A stretch of DNA of 63,909 nt, filler included, from Vicugna vicugna (GCA_013265495.1; 79 parts of 76 records of this genome joined end to end with filler, not necessarily neighbours in it), one strand, 5' to 3'; numbered from the whole stretch's first letter, positions 1 through 11,273 are shown. The notes: generated by a model not told the origin, from the letters alone. Made by a program: numbers and translations.

Positions 1-738
1 GGGGCCCCAGTCCTACCTGTGTCACTCTAGACCACTCCTCCAGTCAGGATGACAGCCAGGCCACTCTGCCAGCGAGAGCCCCCCGAGGGCTGCTGCTGCT
101 CTCCCTTTGTCTCTGAGAGCCTTGCCTGACCTCCAACCCACCAAGCAGGAGGTCACGCGAGCGTGCTGGACGTGCCGGGCTCTGTGCCAGGCACCCCCAC
201 CTACCACGTCACTTCCTCCTCACGACAAACCAATGAGGTCACTTGTGCCCAGAGGGCCTGCCCAGACACTCAGCCAATACACAAGGGGCAGGGACTCGAA
301 TCCAGAGCCCACCAGGCGACAACACTGCATTTCCCCTTGAGAACCCCAGCCTCTGAGACGGTGAAAGGCCTAGAGGCTCAAGCCAGCCCCACAAACGGCC
401 GAGGGAGCGAGAAGGTGGTCGTCACCCCACTCTGAGGCCGTCCTCAGCCAGCCTCCGCCCAGGGCACCTCCAGGCTTTCCGCAGTTTAGTCTGAGCTCAC
501 CTTCAGCGGTCATCACCTCCCAGCGAGCCTGCGGGGAGCTTCCACCGCTACCTCTGCCTGGTCAGCTCCAACCCAGTGCTGACAGTGTGGGTTTTCTCCA
601 CAATTTTAAACCCCAGGGTTTTTCTCCTACCGTGTCCTTTCTCCTTCTCCCTCAACTCAGTCCTATTGGTCCTTCAAGTCCTGGCTCAGACACCACCTGC
701 TGTGACTCCCACCCCCGACCTCCCCCAGGGCAGGGGCC

Positions 739-838
739 NNNNNNNNNNNNNNNNNNNNNNNNNNNNNNNNNNNNNNNNNNNNTTAATTAATTAANNNNNN
801 NNNNNNNNNNNNNNNNNNNNNNNNNNNNNNNNNNNNNN
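739..838. other. Artificial scaffold-joining linker N44-TTAATTAATTAA-N44 (first of ~78; last at 63729-63828)
   Basis: The identical 100-bp cassette recurs between unrelated sequences. The 12-mer (783-794) is its own reverse complement and has TAA in all six frames. Confidence 0.98.
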
Positions 839-1594
839 AATTCTGTATTCTATATTCTAAATTCTGTGTTATGCCTTCCATGTACTAAATTTTCTCTTCT
901 ATATTCTCTATTCAATATTCTGTGTTCTACATTCGATATTCTAAATTCTATATTCAGTATTCTTTATTCTATATTCTAAATTATGTGTTCTACATTCTAT
1001 ATTCAAAATTCTATATTCAGTATTCTTTAAACTATTTTCTAAATTCTGTGTTCTGAATTCCATGTTCTAAATTCTGGATTCTGTATTCTGTTTTCCATNN
1101 NNNNNNNNNNNNNNNNNNNNNNNNNNNNNNNNNNNNNNNNNNNNNNNNNNNNNNNNNNNNNNNNNNNNNNNNNNNNNNNNNNNNNNNNNNNNNNNNNNNN
1201 NNNNNNNNNNNNNNNNNNNNNNNNNNNNNNNNNNNNNNNNNNNNNNNNNNNNNNNNNNNNNNNNNNNNNNNNNNNNNNNNNNNNNNNNNNNNNNNNNNNN
1301 NNNNNNNNNNNNNNNNNNNNNNNNNNNNNNNNNNNNNNNNNNNNNNNNNNNNNNNNNNNNNNNNNNNNNNNNNNNNNNNNNNNNNNNNNNNNNNNNNNNN
1401 NNNNNNNNNNNNNNNNNNNNNNNNNNNNNNNNNNNNNNNNNNNNNNNNNNNNNNNNNNNNNNNNNNNNNNNNNNNNNNNNATTCTATATTTTCTACATTC
1501 TATATTCTAAATTCTATATACATTATTCTGTATTCTATATTCTTATTTGTATGTTCCCCATTCTATATTCTAGATTCTATATTAAGTATTCTGT
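839..1594 (-). repeat. Satellite E (AGAATAT heptamer-based), gap inside
   Basis: Tandem 7-mer variants ATATTCT/GTATTCT/AAATTCT/GTGTTCT/ACATTCT with the marker TTCCATGTTCT. Confidence 0.93.
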
Positions 1595-2320
1595 NNNNNN
1601 NNNNNNNNNNNNNNNNNNNNNNNNNNNNNNNNNNNNNNTTAATTAATTAANNNNNNNNNNNNNNNNNNNNNNNNNNNNNNNNNNNNNNNNNNNNAGCATA
1701 TCTGTGGGATTTATGTGTCCATTGTGGGCACTGTTTATTTGTATCTCCTTTCTCACTCAGATTTGCCAGAGGTTTGTCTTCTGGTTTAGTTGAGTCTCTG
1801 TTTTATTTTCTTCATTTTGGGCCTTTCTTGCAGACACAGGGGTTAACCCTCTGCTCAGTGCCGCTGCCGTCAGCACCCGTGCAAAGCGGTGCTGTCGCTT
1901 GCTTTATTCCTTATTTCCTTCATCCTCAGTGCCTGCAGCTGCTCCCCTCCCCAGGGAGCCATCCCACTGGAACACTTGTGTTATGCTATTATTATTTTGT
2001 TATTAGAATCATACATTTTATTATTTTTCTTATATGTGTATCCTTGAAACCATATAACCCTGATGTTTTATAAATGTGTGTTTTTAATTGTGTGCTCTAG
2101 ACTTCATTCTGATTTTTTTACAAGCTTTTTTACTCAGCACTTAGTTTTAAAACAAATATTTGAGTGCCTGCTACGCTTGAGGAATGTACTGAGCACCTGC
2201 AATACATCAGAGTCAGGGCTNNNNNNNNNNNNNNNNNNNNNNNNNNNNNNNNNNNNNNNNNNNNTTAATTAATTAANNNNNNNNNNNNNNNNNNNNNNNN
2301 NNNNNNNNNNNNNNNNNNNN

Positions 2321-2700
2321 GTGGGCTCCTGTGGCTCGCCACACAGCAGGGGTCTCCCCGTCCTCAGTCCTCCACCTCGGTTAACTGCATCGTCCTGCCC
2401 GGTGCCTAGCGAACCCATGTGGAGGCAAGAAGAATACACAACAACAGGTGCTCAGAGGGGCTGCCTTTCCCACTGCAGAGGCCCTAGAGAGCTTTCTCCC
2501 GGCTGGTTATTCACAGGCGCTGAAGCTGTGGAATCTCGATCTCACCAATTTAAAGGGCATCATCACTAATTACAAAAGCAATCATTTCTTCAGTAGCAAA
2601 AGGAGAAAAGGCTTTGTGTTCTCCACCACCAACTTTTTTCCTCCACCTTCAGATGTTTCTCATCTCTGGGCAAAGTTAGAAAGCAACTCACAGAATATTA
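2321..2700 (+). repeat. Duplicated segment, copy 1 (inverted copy at 19841-20212)
   Basis: Manual alignment to the reverse complement of 19841-20212: about 27 differences in the flanks, 2508-2610 identical. Confidence 0.95.
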
Positions 2701-2824
2701 TTTTTCAATGTCTTTTCCCACTCTGAGGATTGATTTCCCAGAACCGATGAAGGCTAGAATGGTTTAGCTTTCCTGGACTGAGTATTAAGAGGCCTGGGGG
2801 GAGGGGGAAGGGGGAGGTGAGATA

Positions 2825-3185
2825 ATTCAGCAATATTGAACCTAACAGAGACATTAAAAGGTTCTATTCTAAACAGAAAGGAAGCAGGATGCTATAGAAA
2901 CAGGAAAACCATAGTTGGAAATGCAATAACGAGTTACAAGAGAATAAACATAAAGATGTAAAAATGAAAAAGGACATCAAAGTAAAACAAGGAGGAAATA
3001 GGAGAGGTGAGCAAGAAAATACAGAGTTTTTTCTTTCTTTTATTTCTTCGTTATTGTTAGGATGTGTTGGAGCCTACGTGATTATCAGTCTAAAGGAAAT
3101 AGATATAGTAATATGTTGATATATTTGAAGAATAAAGTAACCACACATCAAAAGCATACATAGTCACAAAAAAGCCAAAAAGAAA
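2825..3185 (+). mobile_element. L1 fragment, ORF1 end and inter-ORF region
   Basis: A-rich; AGGATGTGTTGGAGCCTACGTGATTATCAGTCTAAAG...GTAACCACACATCAAAAGCATACA resembles the laurasiatherian L1 inter-ORF region (from recall). Confidence 0.7.
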
Positions 3186-3613
3186 NNNNNNNNNNNNNNN
3201 NNNNNNNNNNNNNNNNNNNNNNNNNNNNNNNNNNNNNNNNNNNNNNNNNNNNNNNNNNNNNNNNNNNNNNNNNNNNNNNNNNNNNNNNNNNNNNNNNNNN
3301 NNNNNNNNNNNNNNNNNNNNNNNNNNNNNNNNNNNNNNNNNNNNNNNNNNNNNNNNNNNNNNNNNNNNNNNNNNNNNNNNNNNNNNNNNNNNNNNNNNNN
3401 NNNNNNNNNNNNNNNNNNNNNNNNNNNNNNNNNNNNNNNNNNNNNNNNNNNNNNNNNNNNNNNNNNNNNNNNNNNNNNNNNNNNNNNNNNNNNNNNNNNN
3501 NNNNNNNNNNNNNNNNNNNNNNNNNNNNNNNNNNNNNNNNNNNNNNNNNNNNNNNNNNNNNNNNNNNNNNNNNNNNNNNNNNNNNNNNNNNNNNNNNNNN
3601 NNNNNNNNNNNNN

Positions 3614-3685
3614 TCAATTATCAATGCAGCTCAAAAGTACACACTACAATTTTATCATCTCACACCAGTCAGAATGGCCATCATT
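3614..3685 (+). mobile_element. L1 ORF2 3' fragment
   Basis: ATCATCTCACACCAGTCAGAATGGCCATCATT encodes [10 protein letters not shown], an L1 ORF2 C-terminal motif. Confidence 0.85.
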
Positions 3686-3785
3686 NNNNNNNNNNNNNNN
3701 NNNNNNNNNNNNNNNNNNNNNNNNNNNNNTTAATTAATTAANNNNNNNNNNNNNNNNNNNNNNNNNNNNNNNNNNNNNNNNNNNN

Positions 3786-4333
3786 TAGAATATAGAATAC
3801 AGAATACTGAATATGCAATTTAGAATATAGTATAGAGATTACTGAATATAGAATTTTGAATATAGAATGTAGAACACAGAATTTAGAATATAGAATACAG
3901 AATACTGAATATATAATTTAGAATATAGAATGTAGAACACAGAATATAGAATATAGAATACGGAAGGCAAAATAAAGATGGTAGAATATACAATGAAGTA
4001 CGCAAAATATAGAATATAGGACAGAGAATATAGAAGCCAGAATTTAGAACATGGAATGCAGAACACAGAATTTCGAATATAAATATAGAATACTGAATGT
4101 AGGATTTTGAATATAGAATGCAGAACACAGGATATATGAATATATAAGAGTATACAGAAACCAGAATTTAAAACATGGAATCCGGAACACAGAATTTAGT
4201 ATATAGAATACAGAATACTGAATAAAGGATTTAGAATATAGAATGTAAAACACAGAATAAAGAATATATAAAACGGAATGCAGAATAAAGAATGTAGAAA
4301 ATAGAATGAAGAATACAAAATATAGAATATAGA
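3786..4333 (+). repeat. Satellite E
   Basis: AGAATAT/AGAATAC/AGAATTT/AGAATGT/AGAACAC heptamers; CATGGAA markers at 4050 and 4174. Confidence 0.95.
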
Positions 4334-4700
4334 NNNNNNNNNNNNNNNNNNNNNNNNNNNNNNNNNNNNNNNNNNNNTTAATTAATTAANNNNNNNNNNN
4401 NNNNNNNNNNNNNNNNNNNNNNNNNNNNNNNNNGCAGGTGGTGCTGTCAGAGGGGTCTGGCCGGAGCAATTCAGCTGAGCACGGGCTGACTGGCGCCCTT
4501 GGGGGTTGTGAAAGGCAGACCACCCTCCCGCAGCCGCCTGACCCCTTTCCCGGGAGCCCCCCACCTTGCACTTCCACAGCCAGAAGCCCCGGCCGCAGGC
4601 AGGAACCAAAGGCCTACCGGGCGACAGAGTTGAGAAGCATTTGGAGCCAATCCCTGGCTCGGACATGGAGCTTTCAACCAGCGGACCACCTGGCACTGAC

Positions 4701-4712
4701 TGCGCATGCGCA
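4701..4712. promoter_or_regulatory. Perfect NRF1-type palindrome TGCGCATGCGCA
   Basis: Exact match to YGCGCAYGCGCR within a GC/CpG-rich fragment; function untested. Confidence 0.4.
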
Positions 4713-4988
4713 GGAGGGCCATCGATCCTCTCTGGGTTCTGCAAGAGAAGGTGGGACAGCGAGGGAAAGAAGATTGGAGCGGGTGGAGAGGAGGGGAAAA
4801 GTGGAGGGATACAGATGGACAGGAAGAGCAGAGAAGGGATGCATCTGGATAGGAGAGTGTAGTAGCGGAGTTGGAGAGAAAAAGCTTTNNNNNNNNNNNN
4901 NNNNNNNNNNNNNNNNNNNNNNNNNNNNNNNNTTAATTAATTAANNNNNNNNNNNNNNNNNNNNNNNNNNNNNNNNNNNNNNNNNNNN

Positions 4989-5765
4989 TATATGGGGAGG
5001 TAATATTTCCAACTCGGTTTTACAGTGAAAACTAGATGAAATTCAAACAGGCACTAGGAAACCTACTGATAACCTAAGTTAGCGTTTCTACAGCAAACCA
5101 TTCCCTTTAGGTTAGACGAACGAAAATCTCTCCACATGCTAAATTCTGAGATTTAGGTCAGTGTAAAAGCCATCAATTACCTAGCTTGTTGGGAAAACAA
5201 ACTTTTATTGAGCGGGAAACTACACCGAATATATATATATGGGATGGTACTAGCTCCAACTCGGTTTTACAGAGAAAAATGCATCAATTTCAAACCGGAA
5301 TTAGGAAACAAAATCAGACCCCACAGTAACTGTATCTATAGCAATCCATTCTGTTTAGGGTAGATGAATGAATACCTCCTCATATACTCAGTTTAAAAAT
5401 TGAATGTGTGTGAAAGCCGAAAATCACAAATCTTCTCGGGATTACATGGTTTGTTTACAGTGAGGAACACACTACATAAATATGCATCGGCAGGTACAGT
5501 TTCCAACTAGGTTTTACAGTGAAAACATCATGAAGTTCAAACCGAAAAAAAACATTAAAAATACTGTGAAAACAGTGTATGAGATTCTAGTGGTACCTAT
5601 TCTCTTTATGCTATAAGAACAAACGTCTCTCCATTTGCCCAGTACTGAGAGTTAAGACTGTGTGGAAGCCATCAATAAACAAGCTTGAAAGGAACACAGA
5701 GTTTCATTCAGTGAGAAAAAAATCTACATACATATATATAGGGGTAATAGCTCAACACGGTTGTA
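4989..5765 (-). repeat. Satellite B, highly diverged AT-rich variant (~247-249-bp monomers)
   Basis: AACTCGGTTTTACAG-like anchor at 5011, 5258, 5505 and 5754; homologous to 33544-34462. Confidence 0.88.
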
Positions 5766-6425
5766 NNNNNNNNNNNNNNNNNNNNNNNNNNNNNNNNNNN
5801 NNNNNNNNNTTAATTAATTAANNNNNNNNNNNNNNNNNNNNNNNNNNNNNNNNNNNNNNNNNNNNCACGGGTCTTTCTGATCCCTGTCTCTGTTCCCTCC
5901 CCAGCCTATCTTTCCAAATGGCCAGGAGACTCTTTCTCAGTCTTGAGTTTAGCGCTGATGTTACTACTCTCTTTGTTTCTGGAGAGGAAAACAAGTCTAA
6001 ACTTCCTTTCCAGTTGGAAATGGAATGGAGAGTTAGCGTTGGAAGCCTGGAGAGTCTGTCCTGTGATGAAGTGGTCTCCGAGCCACTTCCACTGGGACGT
6101 CACGTCACTGTCTGGGCCCCTTGCACAGCCTGTGCACAGGTGACAGCACAGATGTGCCGAGCAGTCCTCCCGGACAGGGCAGTGAAAAAGAGTTTGGGGA
6201 TTTGGTTTCATTACATAGCTTCCTGACGGTCTTGGCCTGGCTCTTCGAGTTTGAGCATTCCCTGTCCCACATCCTCGTGCTCTGGGCCCGTGCAGACCTG
6301 ACGTGGCCTCAGACTGAGGCTCAGGNNNNNNNNNNNNNNNNNNNNNNNNNNNNNNNNNNNNNNNNNNNNTTAATTAATTAANNNNNNNNNNNNNNNNNNN
6401 NNNNNNNNNNNNNNNNNNNNNNNNN

Positions 6426-6555
6426 GCCTTTTCCAGAAGGTCATTTGGTTGGAATTGTTCAGTTTGTAGCTTTTTCATACTGGCTTCTTTCATTCACTAA
6501 TCTGTCTTTTAAGTTTCGTCCACATCTTTCATGCCTTGATAGATCATTTTTCACT
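6426..6555 (-). mobile_element. Old L1M 3' end fragment
   Basis: GCCTTTTCCAGAAGGTCAT...TGGCTTCTTTCATTCACTAAT is typical of an antisense L1M 3' region. Confidence 0.65.
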
Positions 6556-6674
6556 GCATATATATTTTAAATTTATATATATGTAATGTTCATTGTTTCT
6601 AAGAATGTTTAGAGCTTTAGCTTTTTAAGCTTACATAGTTATCAAAAGAATAAAGCCAACCACAATAAGAATTA

Positions 6675-6857
6675 ATTCAAAAAGATTCATACACCCTGCT
6701 ATTAACAGCAACATTATTTATAATTGCCAAGATATGGAAGCATCCTAAGTGAACATCAATAGTTGAACAGATAATGAAGATAAGATGCAGCATATGCATA
6801 CATGTAATGGAATACAACTCACCCATGAGAAAGAAGGTTATTTTGCCATTTGCAGCC
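6675..6857 (+). mobile_element. L1 ORF2 end / 3' region fragment
   Basis: GCAACATTATTTATAATTGCCAAGATATGGAAGCATCCTAAGTG...ATGGAATACAACTCA...TTTGCCATTTGCAGC. Confidence 0.85.
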
Positions 6858-7645
6858 CTTCTTTCACTTTTTTTCACTTCAAAAACCAGAATGTTATAAC
6901 CAGCAGAGCCATNNNNNNNNNNNNNNNNNNNNNNNNNNNNNNNNNNNNNNNNNNNNTTAATTAATTAANNNNNNNNNNNNNNNNNNNNNNNNNNNNNNNN
7001 NNNNNNNNNNNNCCAGCCTCTTCATGACGCCTCGCCTTCTTGCCGGGATGTTTTCAGTGTATGCTACATAACTCCATTCCTGGGTGGTGAGTGTCATGAC
7101 TTGTTCTGGAAATGTTCCTGCTCCTGCAACCAGTCAGCTCAACCAGTGAAGCCTGCACAGGGGACGCTCTGTGACAGGAAGCCCCACCCTCTCGCAACAA
7201 GTGAACTGAGAATGGGCTGGAAAGGGGTAGATTGAGAGTGAGGAGGAAAGGGTGACTTTCAATGGTTTAGACACAATGTTGAACCTGGGAAATGAAATTT
7301 CAGNNNNNNNNNNNNNNNNNNNNNNNNNNNNNNNNNNNNNNNNNNNNNNNNNNNNNNNNNNNNNNNNNNNNNNNNNNNNNNNNNNNNNNNNNNNNNNNNN
7401 NNNNNNNNNNNNNNNNNNNNNNNNNNNNNNNNNNNNCTCTTCTGAGTGGGTAAAAATAATGAGATAGATATAGATAAAAACAATGACAATGAAGATATAT
7501 CCTTTACAATCATAAAATCCTAGTGTTTGAATCAGAGAATCAAACNNNNNNNNNNNNNNNNNNNNNNNNNNNNNNNNNNNNNNNNNNNNTTAATTAATTA
7601 ANNNNNNNNNNNNNNNNNNNNNNNNNNNNNNNNNNNNNNNNNNNN

Positions 7646-8465
7646 GCTAGGGGTGATTGCAGGCAATCCCAGTGACCGAGGCTGCCTTCACAAGGTCAGG
7701 TAAGGTTTTTCGTGGACTTCCCCGAACAGGGAACACCTGTGACTGAAGAGAGCTGCGTGGAGTTGTCTCTCGAGCTCCCCCACGCACTGACAATGGTTCC
7801 GGAATCCTGAGCGTGGGGAGGTTCCACCAACNNNNNNNNNNNNNNNNNNNNNNNNNNNNNNNNNNNNNNNNNNNNNNNNNNNNNNNNNNNNNNNNNNNNN
7901 NNNNNNNNNNNNNNNNNNNNNNNNNNNNNNNNNNNNNNNNNNNNNNNNNNNNNNNNNNNNNNNNNNNNNNNNNNNNNNNNNNNNNNNNNNNNNNNNNNNN
8001 NNNNNNNNNNNNNNNNNNNNNNNNNNNNNNNNNNNNNNNNNNNNNNNNNNNNNNNNNNNNNNNNNNNNNNNNNNNNNNNNNNNNNNNNNNNNNNNNNNNN
8101 NNNNNNNNNNNNNNNNNNNNNNNNNNNNNNNNNNNNNNNNNNNNNNNNNNNNNNNNNNNNNNNNNNNNNNNNNNNNNNNNNNNNNNNNNNNNNNNNNNNN
8201 NNNNNNNNNNNNNNNNNNNNNNNNNNNNNNNNNNNNTCGGACTTCCCCGAACAGGGAACACCTGTGACTGAAGAGAGCTGCGTGGAGTTGTCTCTCGAGC
8301 TCCCCCACGCACTGACAATGGTTCCGGAATCCTGAGCGTGGGGAGGTTCCACCAACGGTCAGCAGCGCGTGTGTTAAAACGGAATGCATAAGCTCGTCTC
8401 CCCTGAGTGTTTTCCTTATTTCACTGTGCCAGGGAATTCTAGGGGTGATTGCAGGCAATCCCAGT
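7646..8465 (+). repeat. Satellite A (267-bp, GC/CpG-rich)
   Basis: GGAGTTGTCTCTCGAGCTCCCCCACGCACTGACAATGGTTCCGGAATCCTGAGCGTGGGGAGG on both sides of the gap. Confidence 0.95.
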
Positions 8466-8724
8466 NNNNNNNNNNNNNNNNNNNNNNNNNNNNNNNNNNN
8501 NNNNNNNNNTTAATTAATTAANNNNNNNNNNNNNNNNNNNNNNNNNNNNNNNNNNNNNNNNNNNNAGGAGCGAGAGTTTGAAGATTAGTCTATTTAAAAG
8601 CAACTGCATACGTGGGAGAAATTAGAATGTTGTAGCACGTTATCTTGGCGGGAAGCATAAACTCAGAAAAAAAATCAGAAGACTTTAATATTACATCTCA
8701 GGCTGGTCTTTGGCAAATAGACAG

Positions 8725-9629
8725 TCTAAAACAATTATTAAAACAGACACACACACACAAATTACCAAACCCTGGGGAAGAGTGAGAATCTGATTTATAG
8801 AGTTACACATTGTTAGATTAAACTGTCCAGTTTATTTCTTCAGATATCCTCTCTGCCTCTTTGGTCCATTTAATGTTGTCCCATAACTATCTTAGGTTCT
8901 GTTTTTTATTGTCTTAGACTGTTTCTTTGCNNNNNNNNNNNNNNNNNNNNNNNNNNNNNNNNNNNNNNNNNNNNNNNNNNNNNNNNNNNNNNNNNNNNNN
9001 NNNNNNNNNNNNNNNNNNNNNNNNNNNNNNAAGTGAGGGAAAAAATAATACAGTCTACGATATACAAAAGCTGAGATAGTTTGTTACTACTGGATATGCA
9101 GGAAATATTAAAAGGAAGTCCTACATGTCAAAATGAAATAACACTAGACGGCAACTTGAGGCCATATGAAGAAATAAAGATGTCAGTAAGGGTAAACATG
9201 AGGGCAACTATAAAAGCTGGTATTGTAACAGCAATGTGTAAATACAGTCTGGTGTTTTGTACATGATTAAAGAGATTATTGCATTAAAATAAGGTAGTGA
9301 GATAGTGACATGAGCATCATGTTGGCATAAGACATTTCTCATTATTTTTTTAAATGTCTAATTAGACATCCATCCATGAGCGAAAGTGCCTCAGTGGGCG
9401 CTGTGGGGCCCAGCATCCTATGCCAAGGCAACTGAGGAGACTTTTGTTTACCTTGTACCCAAAAATAGACAGACAAGGAAAACACTGCAGGTCAGGGAGT
9501 CAGTGAGCCTGCCCCACTCCCACTCACCATAGTCAAAGAAAAAGCCTGGAGCGTGCTGGCCTGAGAAGATACCCAGAGTCTGGGGAGAATCTGCAAAAGT
9601 CCAGCCTGCCTAAGGTGAGATTCCAGCGT
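8725..9629 (+). mobile_element. Mosaic of old L1M 5'UTR/ORF1-end fragments
   Basis: AAACCCTGGGGAAGAGTGAGAATCTGATTTATAGAGTTAC and GGAAATATTAAAAGGAAGTCCT...CATATGAAGAAATAAAGATGTCAGTAAGGGTAAACATG resemble L1M 5'/ORF1-end sequence; boundaries approximate. Confidence 0.55.
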
Positions 9630-9732
9630 NNNNNNNNNNNNNNNNNNNNNNNNNNNNNNNNNNNNNNNNNNNNTTAATTAATTAANNNNNNNNNNNNNNN
9701 NNNNNNNNNNNNNNNNNNNNNNNNNNNNNGTC

Positions 9733-9890
9733 TGTTAGACTAGGTGGCTCTAATGTTGGTGGCCTAAGTAAGCAGACCAAAACCAAAGCCTGTGAATGCA
9801 TCAGGGTGACAAAATCAAAACACTAAGGGCAGCCAATCGCAAATGGCCAGCTTTGCTTTGTTGTAGCCAGTCAAGTGATGTCCCTGTGTC
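9733..9890 (+). mobile_element. ERV LTR 5' fragment
   Basis: Starts TGTTAGA; CCTAAGTAAGCAGACCAAAACCAAAGCCTG and a CCAAT box (CAGCCAATC), typical of an LTR U3. Confidence 0.5.
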
Positions 9891-10019
9891 TGCCCCCCGG
9901 CCCATTCTCCACTTGGCAGGTTAGGTTGTGGTCTCACTCTGCACATCCCGCCCGTGTAAGCACAGTGAAGGCCGAGTCCTCTCTAGGCCCTGCAGGGCCC
10001 TGCTCGTACCTCACCGTGA

Positions 10020-10200
10020 CCTCACTCCTCCTGGCTTCCCGTTCCCACCGCTCTGGCCTCCGCCCTGCTCCTCCAGTGCCTGAATTGCTACTTCAGTCCT
10101 TTGCATTTGTCAGACCTGCTCTTACCCCGGACATCTGGAGGGTTGGCTCCTACACTTGGCTCTTTACTCAGAAGTCAAACTTTAGACATCCTTCCTGTCT
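10020..10200 (+). mobile_element. Possible L2 fragment
   Basis: Pyrimidine-rich CTCTGGCCTCC...CCTTTGCATTTG...CCCCGGACATC...GGCTCC pattern of the L2 3' region. Confidence 0.4.
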
Positions 10201-11005
10201 AAAACTTCACACCTGCCACCAAGGGTATCCCNNNNNNNNNNNNNNNNNNNNNNNNNNNNNNNNNNNNNNNNNNNNTTAATTAATTAANNNNNNNNNNNNN
10301 NNNNNNNNNNNNNNNNNNNNNNNNNNNNNNNAGGAGGCCACTGCCACAGAGACCTTGTCCCAGAAGGACTCGCTCCGTGTGCACTCAGGGTTGTTCTTAT
10401 CTGTAGGAAAACACGATGTGTGTGTAGCATGGGCCACATACTTGAGAAGGTATGTAACTGCCCATCCAGTATAATTTGGTCCTGCTCAAGCTACACATTT
10501 TAAGTTTTGTAAGAGGGAAGACTTCAAGATTTTCTTTGAATAAAGGTATTTAGAGCTTATCAATTTTTTTAAATNNNNNNNNNNNNNNNNNNNNNNNNNN
10601 NNNNNNNNNNNNNNNNNNNNNNNNNNNNNNNNNNNNNNNNNNNNNNNNNNNNNNNNNNNNNNNNNNNNNNNNNNNNNNNNNNNNNNNNNNNNNNNNNNNN
10701 NNNNNNNNNNNNNNNNNNNNNNNNNNNNNNNNNNNNNNNNNNNNNNNNNNNNNNNNNNNNNNNNNNNNNNNNNNNNNNNNNNNNNNNNNNNNNNNNNNNN
10801 NNNNNNNNNNNNNNNNNNNNNNNNNNNNNNNNNNNNNNNNNNNNNNNNNNNNNNNNNNNNNNNNNNNNNNNNNNNNNNNNNNNNNNNNNNNNNNNNNNNN
10901 NNNNNNNNNNNNNNNNNNNNNNNNNNNNNNNNNNNNNNNNNNNNNNNNNNNNNNNNNNNNNNNNNNNNNNNNNNNNNNNNNNNNNNNNNNNNNNNNNNNN
11001 NNNNN

Positions 11006-11173
11006 NTGTTATGACTAGTAATATTCTGTTATAACTAAATACCACATCTTTATCCAGTCATCTGTCAGTGGACGTTTAGGTTGCTTCTATGTCTTGGCCA
11101 TTGTAAACAGTGCTCCTGTGAACATTAAGGTGCAGGTATATTTTGGAATTAAGGTTCCCTCTGGATATATGCC
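11006..11173 (-). mobile_element. L1 3' region fragment
   Basis: ACCACATCTTTATCCAGTCATCTGTCAGTGGACGTTTAGGTTGCTTCTATGTCTTGGCCATTGTAAACAGTGCT. Confidence 0.9.
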
Positions 11174-11273
11174 NNNNNNNNNNNNNNNNNNNNNNNNNNN
11201 NNNNNNNNNNNNNNNNNTTAATTAATTAANNNNNNNNNNNNNNNNNNNNNNNNNNNNNNNNNNNNNNNNNNNN

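Noticed and set aside
2448..2726. Conserved 92-aa ORF shared with 19788-20093
   Set aside because: Explained by the DNA duplication; no ATG start, no recognised domain, and most flank changes are non-synonymous.
3839..4253. Y/I/L/S/F-rich hydrophobic ORFs (also near 34.7, 41.7 and 56.1 kb)
   Set aside because: They are translations of the pyrimidine strand of the heptamer satellite.
5866..6325. Exon after CCCTCCCCAG (102-aa ORF) and tandem CRE-like GACGTCACGTCA
   Set aside because: No recognisable protein and a weak donor; such motifs arise by chance.
7647..8458. Recurrent peptides such as VRGGARETTPRSSLQSQVFPVRGS suggesting a gene family
   Set aside because: They come from the 267-bp satellite (length divisible by 3), with scattered stops among copies and no splice or codon signal.
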